Assembly (NCBI RefSeq): GCF_030028105.1
Contig: NC_092377.1
Coordinates: 3,601,079-3,665,078 of the forward strand
Direction of reading: 5' to 3'
Origin: Mobula birostris
Taxonomy: Eukaryota
Length of the DNA stretch: 64,000 nucleotides
A program made the translations under genes and the position numbers. Below are positions 1 to 13,291 of this stretch, one piece after another. Positions within the stretch are counted from its first letter, which is position 1; every line of letters begins with the position of its first letter. The notes beneath the pieces are model-generated. The model was not told the DNA's origin and did not search any database. It saw only the letters and a program-made list of their open reading frames with translations.

Positions 1-1325
1 AGGCGAGGCTGGAGGCTGGAGACTTGAGGCGAGGCGAGGCTGGAGGCTGGAGACTTGAGGCGAGGCGAGGCTGGAGGCTGGAGACTTGAGGCGAGGCGAG
101 GCTGGAGGCTGGAGACTTGAGGCGAGGCAGGAGACGAGGCGAGGCTGGAGCAGGAGACGAGGTGAGGCGAGGCGAGGCGAGATGAGGTGAGGTGAGGCTG
201 GAGGCTGGAGACTTGAGGCGAGGCGAGGCTGGAGGCTGGAGCAGGAGACGAGGCGAGGCGAGGCTGGAGGCTGGAGCAGGAGACGAGGCGAGGCGAGGCT
301 GGAGGCTGGAGCAGGAGACGAGGCGAGGCGAGGCGGGAGGCTGGAGACTTGAGGCGAGGCGAGGCTGGAGGCTGGAGACTTGAGGCGAGGCGAGGCTGGA
401 GGCTGGAGACTTGAGGCGAGGCGAGGCTGGAGGCTGGAGACTTGAGGCGAGGCGAGGCTGGAGGCTGGAGACTTGAGGCGAGGCGAGGCTGGAGGCTGGA
501 GACTTGAGGCGAGGCGAGGCTGGAGGCTGGAGACTTGAGGCGAGGCGAGGCTGGAGGCTGGAGACTTGAGGCGAGGCGAGGCTGGAGGCTGGAGACTTGA
601 GGCGAGGCGAGGCTGGAGGCTGGAGACTTGAGGCGAGGCGAGGCTGGAGGCTGGAGACTTGAGGCGAGGCGAGGCTGGAGGCTGGAGACTTGAGGCGAGG
701 CGAGGCTGGAGGCTGGAGACTTGAGGCGAGGCGAGGCTGGAGGCTGGAGACTTGAGGCGAGGCGAGGCTGGAGGCTGGAGACTTGAGGCGAGGCGAGGCT
801 GGAGGCTGGAGACTTGAGGCGAGGCGAGGCTGGAGGCTGGAGACTTGAGGCGAGGCGAGGCTGGAGGCTGGAGACTTGAGGCGAGGCGAGGCTGGAGGCT
901 GGAGACTTGAGGCGAGGCGAGGCTGGAGGCTGGAGACTTGAGGCGAGGCGAGGCTGGAGGCTGGAGACTTGAGGCGAGGCGAGGCTGGAGGCTGGAGACT
1001 TGAGGCGAGGCGAGGCTGGAGGCTGGAGACTTGAGGCGAGGCGAGGCTGGAGGCTGGAGACTTGAGGCGAGGCGAGGCTGGAGGCTGGAGACTTGAGGCG
1101 AGGCGAGGCTGGAGGCTGGAGACTTGAGGCGAGGCGAGGCTGGAGGCTGGAGACTTGAGGCGAGGCGAGGCTGGAGGCTGGAGACTTGAGGCGAGGCGAG
1201 GCTGGAGGCTGGAGACTTGAGGCGAGGCGAGGCTGGAGGCTGGAGCAGGAGACGAGGCGAGGCGAGGCGAGGCTGGAGGCTGGAGACTTGAGGCGAGGCG
1301 AGGCTGGAGGCTGGAGACTTGAGGC
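1..1325. repeat. 31-bp GC-rich minisatellite (GACTTGAGGCGAGGCGAGGCTGGAGGCTGGA)n
   Basis: 31-nt period measured at 361 vs 392. Roughly 40 units, near-perfect from about 330 to 1240, with variant units near the ends. Runs off the window start. Confidence 0.95.
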
Positions 1326-1821
1326 TCCTCCCGGGCGGGGCATGGTTCACCACCCGACAGAGGCAAGGGACAGGAAGGGACAGAACCAACCCCAGGTAAT
1401 AGTGAGACGGCCTGGCTTACCTGGGCAGAGGCAAGGGACAGGAAGAGAGCTAGGTACGGGGTGGCTCCAGGACAAGACTACAGGTGAGACGAGGTGAGAG
1501 TTACCAGCAAGACAAGGCAAGGTTTCTGGCAAGGCAAGGCGAGACGAGAACTTCAGGCAAGGCGAGAATTACCGGCAAGACAAGGCAGGGCTTCAGGCGA
1601 GGAAACAGAAGGCAGAGAAAGGGATACAAGGAGTAAGGACAAGAACAATCCAGCAGCCACGCCCTGGTCTCTGGAGGTATTTATGCAGCCAGCCTCAACG
1701 ATCATCAGCTGCCTCAATTAGCTCAACAAGAACAGAGACAGGGTAGATAGGAAAATCTGGAGCAAGGGTTGATGGACCGGACCGTGAACCGGAATACGAC
1801 TTTACGGACCGGACTATGACA
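1326..1821 (-). mobile_element. Gypsy-like LTR, 5' part, inserted into a CR1
   Basis: The minus strand begins TGTCATAG at 1821, exactly where the CR1 ORF2 breaks off (GMV|PEDWR). It has a TATA-like CATAAATA and runs into the minisatellite. The other end is outside the window. Confidence 0.5.
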
Positions 1822-3250
1822 TACCGGAGGATTGGAGGGAGGCGAATGTTGTCCCCTTGTTCAGAAAAGGTAGTAGGGATAGTTTGGGTAATTATAGACC
1901 AGTGAGCCTTACGCCTGTGGTGGGAAAGCTGTTGGAAAAGGTTCTTAGAGATAGGATCTATGGGCATTTAGAGAATCATGCTCTGATCAGGGACAGTCAG
2001 CATGGCTTTGTGAGGACAGATTGTGTCTAACAAGCCTGATAGAGTTCTTTGAGGAGGTGACCAGGCATTTAGATGAGGGTAGTGTAGTGGATGTGATCTA
2101 TATGGATCTTAGTAAGGCATTTGACAAGGTTCCACACGGTAGGCTTATTCAGAAAGTCAGAAGGTATGGGATCCAGGGAAATTTGGCCAGGTGGATTCAG
2201 AATTGGCTTGCCTGTAGAAGGCAGAGGGTGGTGGTGGAGGGAGTACATTCGGATTGGAGGGTTGTGACTAGTGGTGTCCCAGAAGGATCGGTTCTGGGAC
2301 CTCTACTTTTCGTGATTTTTATTAACGACCTGGATGTGGGGGTAGAAGGGTGGGTTGGCAAGTTTGTAGAAGACACAAAGGTTGGTGGTGTTGTAGATAG
2401 TGTAGAGGATCGTCAAAGATTGCAGTGAGACATTGATAGGATGCAGAAGTGGGCTGAGAAATGGCAGATGGTGTTCAACCCAGAGAAGTGTGAGGTGGTA
2501 CACTTTGGAAGGACAAACTCCAAGGCAGAGTACGAAGTAAGTGGCAGGATACTTGGTAGTGTGGAGGAGCAGAGGGATCTGGGGGTACATGTCCACAGAT
2601 CCCTGAAAGTTGCCTCATAGGTAGATAGGGTAGTTAAGAAAGCTTATGGGGTGTTAGCTTTCATAAGTCGAGGGACAGAGTTTAAGAGTCGCGAGGTAAT
2701 GATGCAGTTCTATAAAACTCTGTTTAGGCCACAATTGGAATACTGTGTCCAGTTCTGGTCGCCTCACTATAGGAAGGTTGTGGAAGCATTGGAAAGGGTA
2801 CAGAGGATATTTACCAGGATGCTGCCTGGTTTAGAGAGTATGCATCATGATCAGAGGTTAAGGGAGCTAGGGCTTTACTCTTTGGAGAGAAGGAGGATGA
2901 GAGGAGACATGATAGAGGTATACAAGATATTAAGAGGAATAGATAGCGTGGATAGCCAGCACCTCTTCCCCAGGGCACCACTGCTCATTACAAGAGGACA
3001 TGGCTTTAAGATAAGGGGTGGGAAGTTCAAGGGGGATATTAGAGGAAGGTTTTTTATTCAGACAGTGGTTGGTGCGTGGAATGCACTGCCTGAGTCAGTG
3101 GTGGAGGCAGATACACTAGTGAAGTTTAAGAGACTACTAGACAGGTATATGGAGGAATTTAAGGTGGGGAGTTATATGGGAGGCAGGGTTTGAGGGTCAA
3201 CACAACATTGTGGGCAGAAGGGCTTGTACTGTGCGGTACTATTCTATGTA
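1822..3250 (+). mobile_element. CR1 LINE, RT region to 3' tail, disrupted
   Basis: ORFs with DLSKAFDKVPH, GVPEGSVLGP and FVEDTK (degenerate YADD). Stops present. Tail ends TATTCTATGT. Confidence 0.93.
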
Positions 3251-3638
3251 CTCCAGGAGTATCTTAAAAGACCCAATGGTATCCACCTACACCACCGTTG
3301 CCGGCAGCCCATTCCATGCACTCACCAGTCTCTGTGTAAGAAACTTACCCGATCTTTCGGCTCCTCATTGGTCATTGTACCAAACAAGCTGCTAATCACG
3401 TTGTCCCTCAGACCACTATCGCCGATACAATCGATTCCTCATTGATGAAATGATCTATTGTTAGTACAAAGAAGACAGACCCATTCTGTTTCTATATCAC
3501 GCTCTCCCCATGACCCCAGTCCTCACGCTGAACCCCTTTCCTCCCCAGATTGGTTGCTGGGAAGTGCAGGCTCATTGAGCCAGATGGGCCTGTTCCGTGC
3601 CGTATCTCTAAATAAATAATCATTGCTGTCTCGGCCTG

Positions 3639-4248
3639 TGTAAGGGGTTTCTTCTTTTATGTTACTGTGTATGTTCATCAAGATGGCTTCTTTGTTATGT
3701 TAAATGCTGAGAAAGTTCTCTCGCTAGCAGCTTGTCTGGGTTATATCATCGATAAGAGAGCAAATGGACCAATGGGTGTCCATGTTATTCTTTTTTGGAG
3801 TGATATTCTGTCTCATGCGGTTGGGAAATGGTGTTTTTGGTGGGCTTTTGGAGGAGAGACCGGGAGTAAGATGGATGTGCTGGGAGCGCTCTGTTCGATC
3901 ACCTTGGGTGTTCCCGAGCGGCGAGTCGAGGGGGTCGGAGTGGATCGCAGGGTGAAGAGAGAAAACCCCGGGTATTTGAGCTCCAACTGTGTGCACGAAG
4001 AAATTGAACTTTGATAAGTCTGGTGCCTTTTTCTTTTCCTTTTATATTGTATCTCTATTAATCTCATAGTCCTAGTAAGATTTATGAAGTGTAATCTGTA
4101 AAGTGTACATTGTGTGCTGGCTGATGATTGATGTTTGAGGTCGAATCAGGTGGCATTGCACAGCAACCGACACAACCGGGAGACACGGTCAGGTGGCGGA
4201 CGGGGATTTCCCCTGGATAAATACGAGCCGATATAGCTGAGCGTTATA
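3639..4248. mobile_element. Solo LTR, 610 bp
   Basis: TG...TA termini flanked by a 4-bp direct repeat CCTG (3635-3638, 4249-4252). No coding capacity. Confidence 0.6.
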
Positions 4249-4974
4249 CCTGTTCCGCGGTGTATCTCTAAATAAATAATCATTGCTGTCATATCTGCTT
4301 CCAGTATTGCCCCAACACCCACCACTCTCTGTAAAAAAATAAACTTTCTCCAAATATCTTCTTTAAACTCCCCCCTCCCACCACACCTTTAATGCATGTT
4401 TGAAGGCAGCGCGAGGCTGGACAGAATCTTTTTCCTCAGGGTGGAAAGATCAGACAGCAGAAGGCGTGCGTTCAAGGTGAGAGGTGAGCAGGTGAAAGGA
4501 GAGGTGCAGAGTGAGTTATTTGGTGGGGGCCTGGAATATGCCACCAGGAAAGCTGGTGGAGGAAGATGTGACAGCAGTGTTTAAGAGGCTGTTCGATACA
4601 GAAATGAACACAGGTAGGGAATGGAGAGAGATGGACCCTGTACAGGCAGAATGGATTAGTTTCAACTGCAGAGACATGGTGGGTTGAAGGGATATGTGGA
4701 GAGCATTGTTCGGGAGTCAGGGGCCTGACAACAGTGAGTCTGACAATCTGGGGCCAAGGACTGGAAGCACGGAGGCAGCCTGTCCTGGGGCCAGAGACCT
4801 GTATCTGGGTATGGGTACGGGAGAGGAGAGGGGCTTGTTCTGCTGTTATTGTTTAAGTTCAAGTTTATTTGTCATTCCACCATACATGAATACCCACGCA
4901 TGCAGCCAGACAAAACAGTGTTATTCCAGAGCCAAGGTACAAAACACAATACCAACAGTCATACACATCACAAG

Positions 4975-5335
4975 GCACACATAAGATAGCAAACACATAT
5001 AGGTTAGCAAGCATATGTAAAATAAAATAAGCACATATAGGATAGCAAGCACATATAAAATAGCAAGCACATATACAATGGCAAGCACATATAGGATAAC
5101 CAGCACACATAGGATAACAAGCACATATAGGATAGCCAGCACATATAGGATAGCCAGCACATATAAGATAGCAAGCACATATAGGATAGGCAGTACATAT
5201 AGGATAACAAGCACATATAGGATAACAAGAATATATAGGATAGCCAGCACATATAGGATAACCAGCATACATATAGGATAACAAGAACATATAGGATAAC
5301 AAGAATAAGACAGTAAGCACATATAGGATGTGAAC
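4975..5335. repeat. 18-bp minisatellite (ATAGCAAGCACATATAGG)n
   Basis: About 19 imperfect units. Explains the 6-aa periodic ORFs (ICACYP / ASTYRI). Confidence 0.92.
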
Positions 5336-5389
5336 ATTTGCACATTTTGTTGTATTCCATGCTCTACAAGCTCTTTCATTGATCCGGTT

Positions 5390-7490
5390 ATAAGGCTATA
5401 AGACCATAAGATAAAGGAGAAGAATTAAGCCATTTGGCCCATCAAGTCTGCTCTGCCATTTCATCTTGGCTGATCTAATTTTCCTCTCACCTCCAATCTC
5501 CCTATATGCCTTCATGACGTAACCGATCAAGAATCTGTCAACCTCTGCCTTAAGTATACAGAAGGACTTGGCCTCCACAGCTGCCTGAGGCAAAGAATTC
5601 CATAGATTCACCATTCTCTAGCTAAAGAAATTCCTCCTCATCTTCATTCTTATATGATGCCTCTGTATTCCGAGGCTGTCCTCCTCATCCCTGTACTAAC
5701 TGGACATCCTTCTACTCTGAGGCTGTGTCCTCTGGTCTTAGACTCACTCACTATAGGAAACATCCTCTCCACATCCACTCTTTCAAGGCCTTTCACCATT
5801 TAATAAGTTCCAATGAGGGCACCCTTCATTTTTCTGAATTCCAGTGAATACAACTCAGAGTGAGCAAATGCTCTTCATATTGACAAACCATTCAAAACTC
5901 ATCTTAAGCTAAGGGGCCCAAAACAGTTCACAAGAGAGGCCTTACCAGTGCTTTATGGAGTCTCAGAATTACATCCTTGCTTTTATATTCTAGTCCTCTT
6001 GAAATGAATGTTAACATTGCATTTCCCTTCTTCACCACAGACTCAACAACCAAATTAACCTTTAGGGAATCCTATACGAGGATTCTTAAGTCCCTTTGCA
6101 CCTCAGTATTTTATGTATTTTCTCTCCATTTAGAAAATAATCAATCCTTTAATTTCTTTGACCAAAGTCACTTCTCAACATTGTATTTCATCTACCATTT
6201 CTTTTCCCATTCTCCAAATCTCCCTAAGTCCCTCTACATCCTCTCTACTTTCTCCAAACTACCTGCCTCTCCATCTATCTATATATCCTAAGACCATGAG
6301 ACCGTAAGACGTAGGAGCAGAAGTAAGCCATTCGGCCCATTGAGTCTGCTCCACCATTCAATCATGGGCTGATCCAACTCTTCCAGTCATCCCCACTCCC
6401 CTGCCTTCTTCCCATACCGTTTGATGCCCTGGCTAATCAAGAACCCATCTATCTCTGCCTTAATTGCATCCAATGACTTGGCCTCCACAGCCGCTCGTAG
6501 CACCAAATTCCACAGATTTACCACCCTCAGACTAAAGTAATTCTCCACATCTCTGTTCTAAATGGACATCCTTCAATCCTGAAATCATGCCCTTTGTCTT
6601 AGACTCCCTTGCCATGGGGAATAACTTTGCCATATCTAATCTGTTCAGGCCTTTTAACATTCAGAATGTTTCTATGAGATTCCCATCAATCTCCTGAACT
6701 CCAGGGAACACAGCCCTAGAGTTGCCAAGACGTTTCTCATATGGTAACCTTTCATTCCTGGAATCATTCTTGTGAATGTTCTCTGAGCCCTCTCCAATGT
6801 CAGTATATCTTTTCTAAAATAAGGAGATGAAAACTGCACACTGTACTCCAAGTGAATATCATCTGCAAACTTTGTGACAAAACCATCAATTCTATCATCC
6901 AAATCATTGAATCGGTCCCAACACAGAGCCCTGCGTAACTCCACAAGTCATTAGCAGCTAGCCAGAAAAGGCTCTCTCTATCTCCACTTTTTGCCTCCTG
7001 TCATTCAGCCACTGCTTTATCCATGCTAGAATTTTTCCGACAATACCATGGGTTCGAACTTGTTAAGCAGCCTCATGTGCGGCATCTTGTCAAAGGCCTC
7101 CTGAAAATCCAAGTACACAACATCAAACAATTCTCCTTTGTCTATCCTGCTTGTTATTTCTTCAAAGAATTCCAACAGATTTGTCAGGCAAGATTTTTAT
7201 TGAGGAAACTATGCTGCCTATGGCATTCAAGTGCCCTGTGACCTCATCCTTAATAATCAATTCCAGCATCTTCCCAATCACAGAGGTCAGGTTAACTGGC
7301 CAATAGTTTCTTTTCTTCTGCCTCTCTCCTTTCTGGAAGAGAGAAGTGTTTGGGGTCTGTATAGAACTCACATTAGGGAGTTTCTAACCTTGCAGTTCCT
7401 TAGCTCCATCAACAATGATTCAACACCTTCCGGCTCCATGTAATCTCTCTCTAATGATTTGATTTAATTTTTCACCAACAGAGCAATGCT
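5390..7490 (-). mobile_element. Cluster of truncated CR1 3'/RT fragments
   Basis: ORF pieces VVNLWNSLP, VTKFADDI, NYWPVNLTS and 3'-tail motifs (agaccataag repeats). Confidence 0.8.
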
Positions 7491-7494
7491 GCCC

Positions 7495-7950
7495 CCTAAC
7501 TAATGAATCTCCTATCTCTACAGCATGCCTCTTCTCCCCACTTCCCTTCTGAGACACAGGGGCAGAGACGTGACCACTGCGACTTTCTTCTGTTAGGTCA
7601 TCCCTCTCGACAGAATCCAAAGTGATATACCTGTTGTTGAGTGGGATAGTCATGGGGGAACTCTGCACTGGCTCCTTAACCCCCTTCCCTTTCCAGACTA
7701 GCACCCAGTTTCCTGTGTCCTGTACCTTGGACGTAACTAGCTCCCTATATGTCCTATCTATCACCCCTCAGCCTCCTGAATGATCCGGAATTCATCCAGT
7801 TCCAGCTCCATATTCTCAATACAGTTTGTTCGAAGCTGCAGTTGGATGTGCTTCTCGCAGTTGTGGCTGTCAGGGAGACTGGAGGTCTCCCTGCCCCCCA
7901 CATCCCGCAGGAGGAGCATTCCACCATCATGCCTGATGTTGCGACTGTCG
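7495..7950 (-). mobile_element. CR1 ORF1 remnant (Zn-finger, coiled coil, SGNH esterase start)
   Basis: VECSSCGMW ... LELDEFRIIQEAEG ... IGDSLVRG across frames. Confidence 0.75.
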
Positions 7951-9085
7951 TAGCTACTGACCCACTGCTGTCTTTTATCTTTGGGCAGTGGATCTGATTG
8001 AAGTCCCCTCCTCTCAAAACTTCCGGTTTCATGATTGCCACTGGTCACAGTTATAGTTTCTATTCTGAAGGTTTGCAGAGTATGCCCACGGGAAAAATAA
8101 TCAGGGTTATATGTGGTGACATGCATGTGCTCTGAAAACATAGTAACTTTGAACTTTGAGTTTGAAAAGGTCAGGATGTTGGGTCCCGAGACGAGGGACA
8201 GGCCAGTTCAGCTCACTACTCAGCGAGGTTTACTCGACTCCGCGCTGAACTGAGGCTGTGGCCTGCAACTTCCAGGCTCCTGCTGACTGGCTTTGTGTCT
8301 GTGGGCTCGCTTTCATGATCTTCAGTTCAGAATGCTATCTGCTTATTTTTATTGTTTGTGTGATTTGTTTCTTCATGCACATTGGGTGTTTGACGGACTT
8401 TTTTCTGAATGGGTTCTATTGGGTTTATAACCATATAATCACATAACAATTACAGCATGGAAACAGGCCATCTCGGCCCTTCTAGACCATGCTGAACTCT
8501 TACTCTCACCTAGTCCCACCGACCTGCACTCAGCCCATAACCCTCCATTCCTTTCCTGTCCATGTATCTATCCAATTTAACTTTAAATGACAACATTGGG
8601 GTACATCTCATCCGATCCTGGCGACTTATCCAACTTGATGATTTCCAAAAATTCTTCTTCCTTTCACTTTTAAAGGCAGAAAGGAGCAGTACTGCTACCA
8701 ACTGGACCAGGGTGAGGTGGGAAAAAAGAAGGCCTTTGACAAGATGCCACACATGAGGCTGCTTAACAAGCTACGAGCTCATGGTGTTACAGGAAAGATT
8801 CTAGCATGGATAAAGCAGCAGCTGATTTGCAGGGTTAGGGTGAATCTGTGGAATTCTCTGCCACAAGCAGCTCTGGAGAATGTCTTTTTGTATCTTTAAG
8901 GCAGAGGTTGATAGATTCTTGATTGGTCAGGGCATGAAGGGATACAGGGAGAAGGAATTAGACTGGTGTTGAGAGGGAAATGGATTAGCCATGGTTCAGC
9001 GGCAGATCAGAATCGATGGACCAAATGGCGTAATTCTGCTCCTATATCTGATGATCTTATATCAGAATCTTTAAATCTTATTAAA

Positions 9086-10262
9086 ATAGAAACATAGAAA
9101 CATAGAAAATAGGTGCACGAGTAGGCCATTCGGCCCTTCGAGCCTGCACTGCCATTTATTATGATCATGGCTGATCATCCAACTCAGAACTCCGCCCCAG
9201 CTTTCCCTCCATACCCCCTGACCCCCGTAGCCACAAGGGCCATATCTAACTCCCTCTTAAACATAGCCAATGAACTGGCCTCAACTGTTTCCTGTGGCAG
9301 AGAATTCCACAGATTCACCACTCTCTGTGTGAAGAAGTTTTTCCTAATCTTGGTCCTAAAAGGCTTCCCCTCTATCCTCAAACTGTGGCCCCTCGTTCTG
9401 GACTTCCCCAACATCGGGAATAATCTTCCTGCATCTAGCCTGTCCAATCCCTTTAGGATCTTATACGTTTCAATCAGATCCCCCCTCAATCTTCTAAATT
9501 CCAACGAGTATAAGCCTAGTTCATCCAGTCTTTCATCATATGAAAGTCCTGCCATCCCAGGAATCAATCTGGTGAACCTTCTTTGTACTCCCTCTATGGC
9601 AAGGATGTCTTTCCTCAGATTAGGGGACCAAAACTGCACACAATACTCCAGGTGTGGTCTCACCAAGGCCTTGTACAACTGCAGTAGTACCTCCTTGCTC
9701 CTGTACTCGAATCCTCTCGCTATAAATGCCAGCATACCATTCACCTTTTTCACCGCCTGCTGTACCTGCATGCCCACTTTCAATGACTGGTGTATAATGA
9801 CACCCAGGTCTCGTTGCACCTCCCCTTTTCCTACTCGGCCACCATTCAGATAATAATCTGTTTTCCTATTTTTGCCACCAAAGTGGATAACTTCACATTT
9901 ATCCACATTAAGTTGGATCTGCCATGAATTTTCCCACTCACCCAACCTATCCAAGTCACCCTGCATCCTCTTAGCATCCTCCTCACAGCTAATACTGCCA
10001 CCCAGCTTCGTGTCATCCGCAGACTTGGAGATGCTGCATTTAATTCCCTCATCCAAGTCATTAATATATATTGTAAACAACTGGGGTCCCAGCACTGAGC
10101 CTTGCGGTACCCCACTAGACACTGCCTGCCATTCTGAAAAGGTCCCGTTTATTCCCACTCTTTGCTTCCTGTCTGCTAACCAATTCTCCACCCACACCAA
10201 TACCTTACCCCCAATACCGTGTGCTTTAAGTTTGCACACTAATCTCCTGTGTGGGACCTTGT
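9086..10262 (-). mobile_element. CR1 LINE, 5'-truncated
   Basis: 351-aa RT C-terminal ORF 9184..10239 and tail (AAACATAG)n on the plus strand. Confidence 0.93.
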
Positions 10263-11344
10263 GAAGGTCAATGTGCCATACGCTTTCTTTACAACCCTGC
10301 CTAGCTGTGACACCGCCTTCAAGGAATCATGGATCAGTATTCCCATTTCCCATTGTTCTACCGCAATCCCGAGTGGCTGAGCATGCGCATCCTACCCTGG
10401 CTTGTCGTCGCAAAGTGCAACACCTCGATGGATCATGGTCCTTGAATGTGGCAAGAGATGTAGGTAGGATGGTGAAGAAAAAGGCGATCACCGTCATTGT
10501 TCAGGGATGCCACTCCTCAGTGGTAAAACACTGAGATCTGACCACATTTAGGCTTCTGGTGGTGATCACGTTACAGGAAGGAAGTGGAGGTTTGGAAAGG
10601 GGAGAGAAGCAGTTCAGCAGAATGTGGGCAGATGAGAGTTGTTCAGTTTGGTATCATGGTGAACAGCATGGCTTGTCCCTGTGCTGTATTCACCTGCGTC
10701 CAATTGTCTGTGAAAAAGTGGTGGTGACTAGAACTCTTGGGTTTCTGCAATCATCCTGATGACTCAGAGATCTACTGGGGTCGAATATAGGAGTAAACTT
10801 AAAGGGAACATGCTGATAAAAGGTTTTACAGCCAGCTTTTACCTGAAGGAATGGTCAACAAAGTACAACGTAGATCCTATATTGTCAAAAGCAAGAGGAT
10901 ATTATAATTGGGAGCAGAAAAGAGCATGCGAAACAACAAACATAGTTTGGAGGGAGCCGACAAAATATGGGATAACGGGCTTTACCATGACATTACCAAG
11001 TGGCAGATTCAACAAAGACGGGCTGAACGGCCTCCTCTGCCACACTGGTGTCCCTGTTCAGGCCCAGCATGTGCTTCCGATTGACAGGACACCATGACTG
11101 CCATTGCCTCCCCCATCAAACCCATATCTCTGTATTCTGCTCCCCTCTCTAAGTCACCAGGCACCATTGGCACAGAGCCCATGGGAGGAGATTTAAGATG
11201 AATCACTGCTCCAAGCAGCCAAATGTTGGCCCCACCCATAGCAACGGGTGACCAATCACCGGCTTCACCCCGGTGCCATCAAACGTCAGCAAAGCAGGGA
11301 TTACACAAGATGTCCTCCTGTAGCTTTCTCCATAAGGCTTTTTC

Positions 11345-13290
11345 AGAATAACTTTAGCTAATGTTACACAAGGGCTTAATTAGGAAGGGGAAAAAAGATT
11401 ATGAGAGAAAACTGGCAGGGAACATAAAAACGGACTGTAAAAGCTTTTATAGATATGTAAGAAGGAAAAGACTGGTAAAGACAAATGTAGGTCCCCTGCA
11501 GACAGAAACAGGTGAATTGATTATGGGGAGCAAGGACATGGCAGACCAATTGAATAATTACTTTGGTTCTGTCTTCACTAAGGAGGACATAAATAATCTG
11601 CCAGAAATAGTAGGGGACAGAGGGTCCAGTGAGATGGAGGAACTGAGCGAAATACATGTTAGTAGGGAAGTGGTGTTAGGTAAATTGAAGGGATTGAAGG
11701 CAGATAAATCCCCAGGGCCAGATGGTCTGCATCCTAGAGTGCTTAAGGAAGTAGCCCAAGAAATAGTGGATGCATTAGTGATAATTTTTCAAAACTCGTT
11801 AGATTCTGGACTAGTTCCTGAGGATTGGAGGATGGCTAATGTAACCCCACTTTTTAAAAAAGGAGGGAGAGAGAAACCGGGGAATTATAGACCGGTTAGC
11901 CTAACGTCAGTGGTGGGGAAACTGCTGGAGTCAGTTATCAAGGATGTGATAACAGCACATTTGGAAAGCGCTGAAATGATCAGACAAAGTCAGCATGGAT
12001 TTGTGAAAGGAAAATCATGTCTGACGAATCTCATAGAATTTTTTGAGGATGTAACTAGTAGAGTGGATAGGGGAGAACCAGTGGATGTGGTATATTTGGA
12101 TTTTCAAAAGGCTTTTGACAAGGTCCCACAGAGGAGATTAGTGTGCAAACTTAAAGCACATGGTATTGGGGGTAAGGTATTGGTGTGGGTGGAGAATTGG
12201 TTAGCAGACAGGAAGCAAAGAGTGGGAATAAACGGGACCTTTTCAGAATGGCAGGCAGTGTCTAGTGGGGTACCGCAAGGCTCAGTGCTGGGACCCCAGT
12301 TGTTTACAATATATATTAATGACTTGGATGAGGGAATTAAATGCAGCATCTCCAAGTTTGCGGATGACACGAAGCTGGGTGGCAGTGTTAGCTGTGAGGA
12401 GGATGCTAAGAGGATGCAGGGTGACTTGGATAGGTTGGGTGAGTGGGCAAATTCATGGCAGATGCAATCTAATGTGGATAAATGTGAGGTTATCCACTTT
12501 GGTGGCAAAAATAGGAAAACAGATTATTATCTGAATGGTGGCCGAGTAGGAAAAGGGGAGGTGCAACGAGACCTGGGTGTCATTATACACCAGTCGTTGA
12601 AAGTGGGCATGCAGGTACAGCAGGCGGTGAAAAAGGCGAATGGTATGCTGGCATTTATAGCAAGAGGATTCAAGTACAGGAGCAAGGAGGTACTACTGCG
12701 GTTGTACAAGGCCTTGGTGAGACCACACCTGGAGTATTGTGTGCAGTTTTGGTCCCCTAATCTGAGGAAAGACATCCTTGCCATAGAGGGAGTACAGAGA
12801 AGGTTCACCAGATTGATTCCTGGGATGGCAGGACTTTCATATGAAGAAAGACTGGATGAACTGGGCTTGTACTTGTTGGAATTTAGAAGATTGAGGGGGG
12901 ATCTGATTGAAACGTATAAAATCCTAAAGGGATTGGACAGGCTAGATGCAGGAAGATTGTTCCCGATGTTGGGGAAGTCCAGAATGAGGGGCCACAGTTT
13001 GAGGATAGAGGGGAAGCCTTTTAGGACCGAGATTAGGAAAAACTTCTTCACACAGAGAGTGGTGAATCTGTGGAATTCTCTGCCACAGGAAACAGTTGAG
13101 GCCAGTTCATTGGCTATATTTAAGAGGGAGTTAGATATGGCCCTTGTGGCTACGGGGGGTCAGGGGGTATGGAGGGAAGGCTGGGGCGGGGTTCTGAGTT
13201 GGATGATCAACCATGATCATAATAAATGGCAGTGCAGGCTCGAAGGGCCGAATGGCCTACGCCTGCACCTATTTTCTATGCTTCTATAAA
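11345..13290 (+). mobile_element. CR1 LINE, 5'-truncated, open RT frame
   Basis: 642-aa ORF with KSPGPDG, DFQKAFDKV, GVPQGSVLGP and FADD. Same subfamily as 9086-10262. Confidence 0.95.
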
Positions 13291-13291
13291 T

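Noticed and set aside
192-1497. ORFs 192..383 and 1186..1497 (RRGEAGGWRLE repeats)
   Set aside because: Translation artefacts of the 31-bp minisatellite.
4865-5379. Hydrophobic or Cys-rich repeat ORFs
   Set aside because: Translation artefacts of the 18-bp minisatellite; no splice or promoter context.
11361-13289. 642-aa ORF (and 634-aa ORF 24399..26303) as host genes
   Set aside because: Both are 5'-truncated CR1 ORF2 reverse transcriptases ending in CR1 3' tails.
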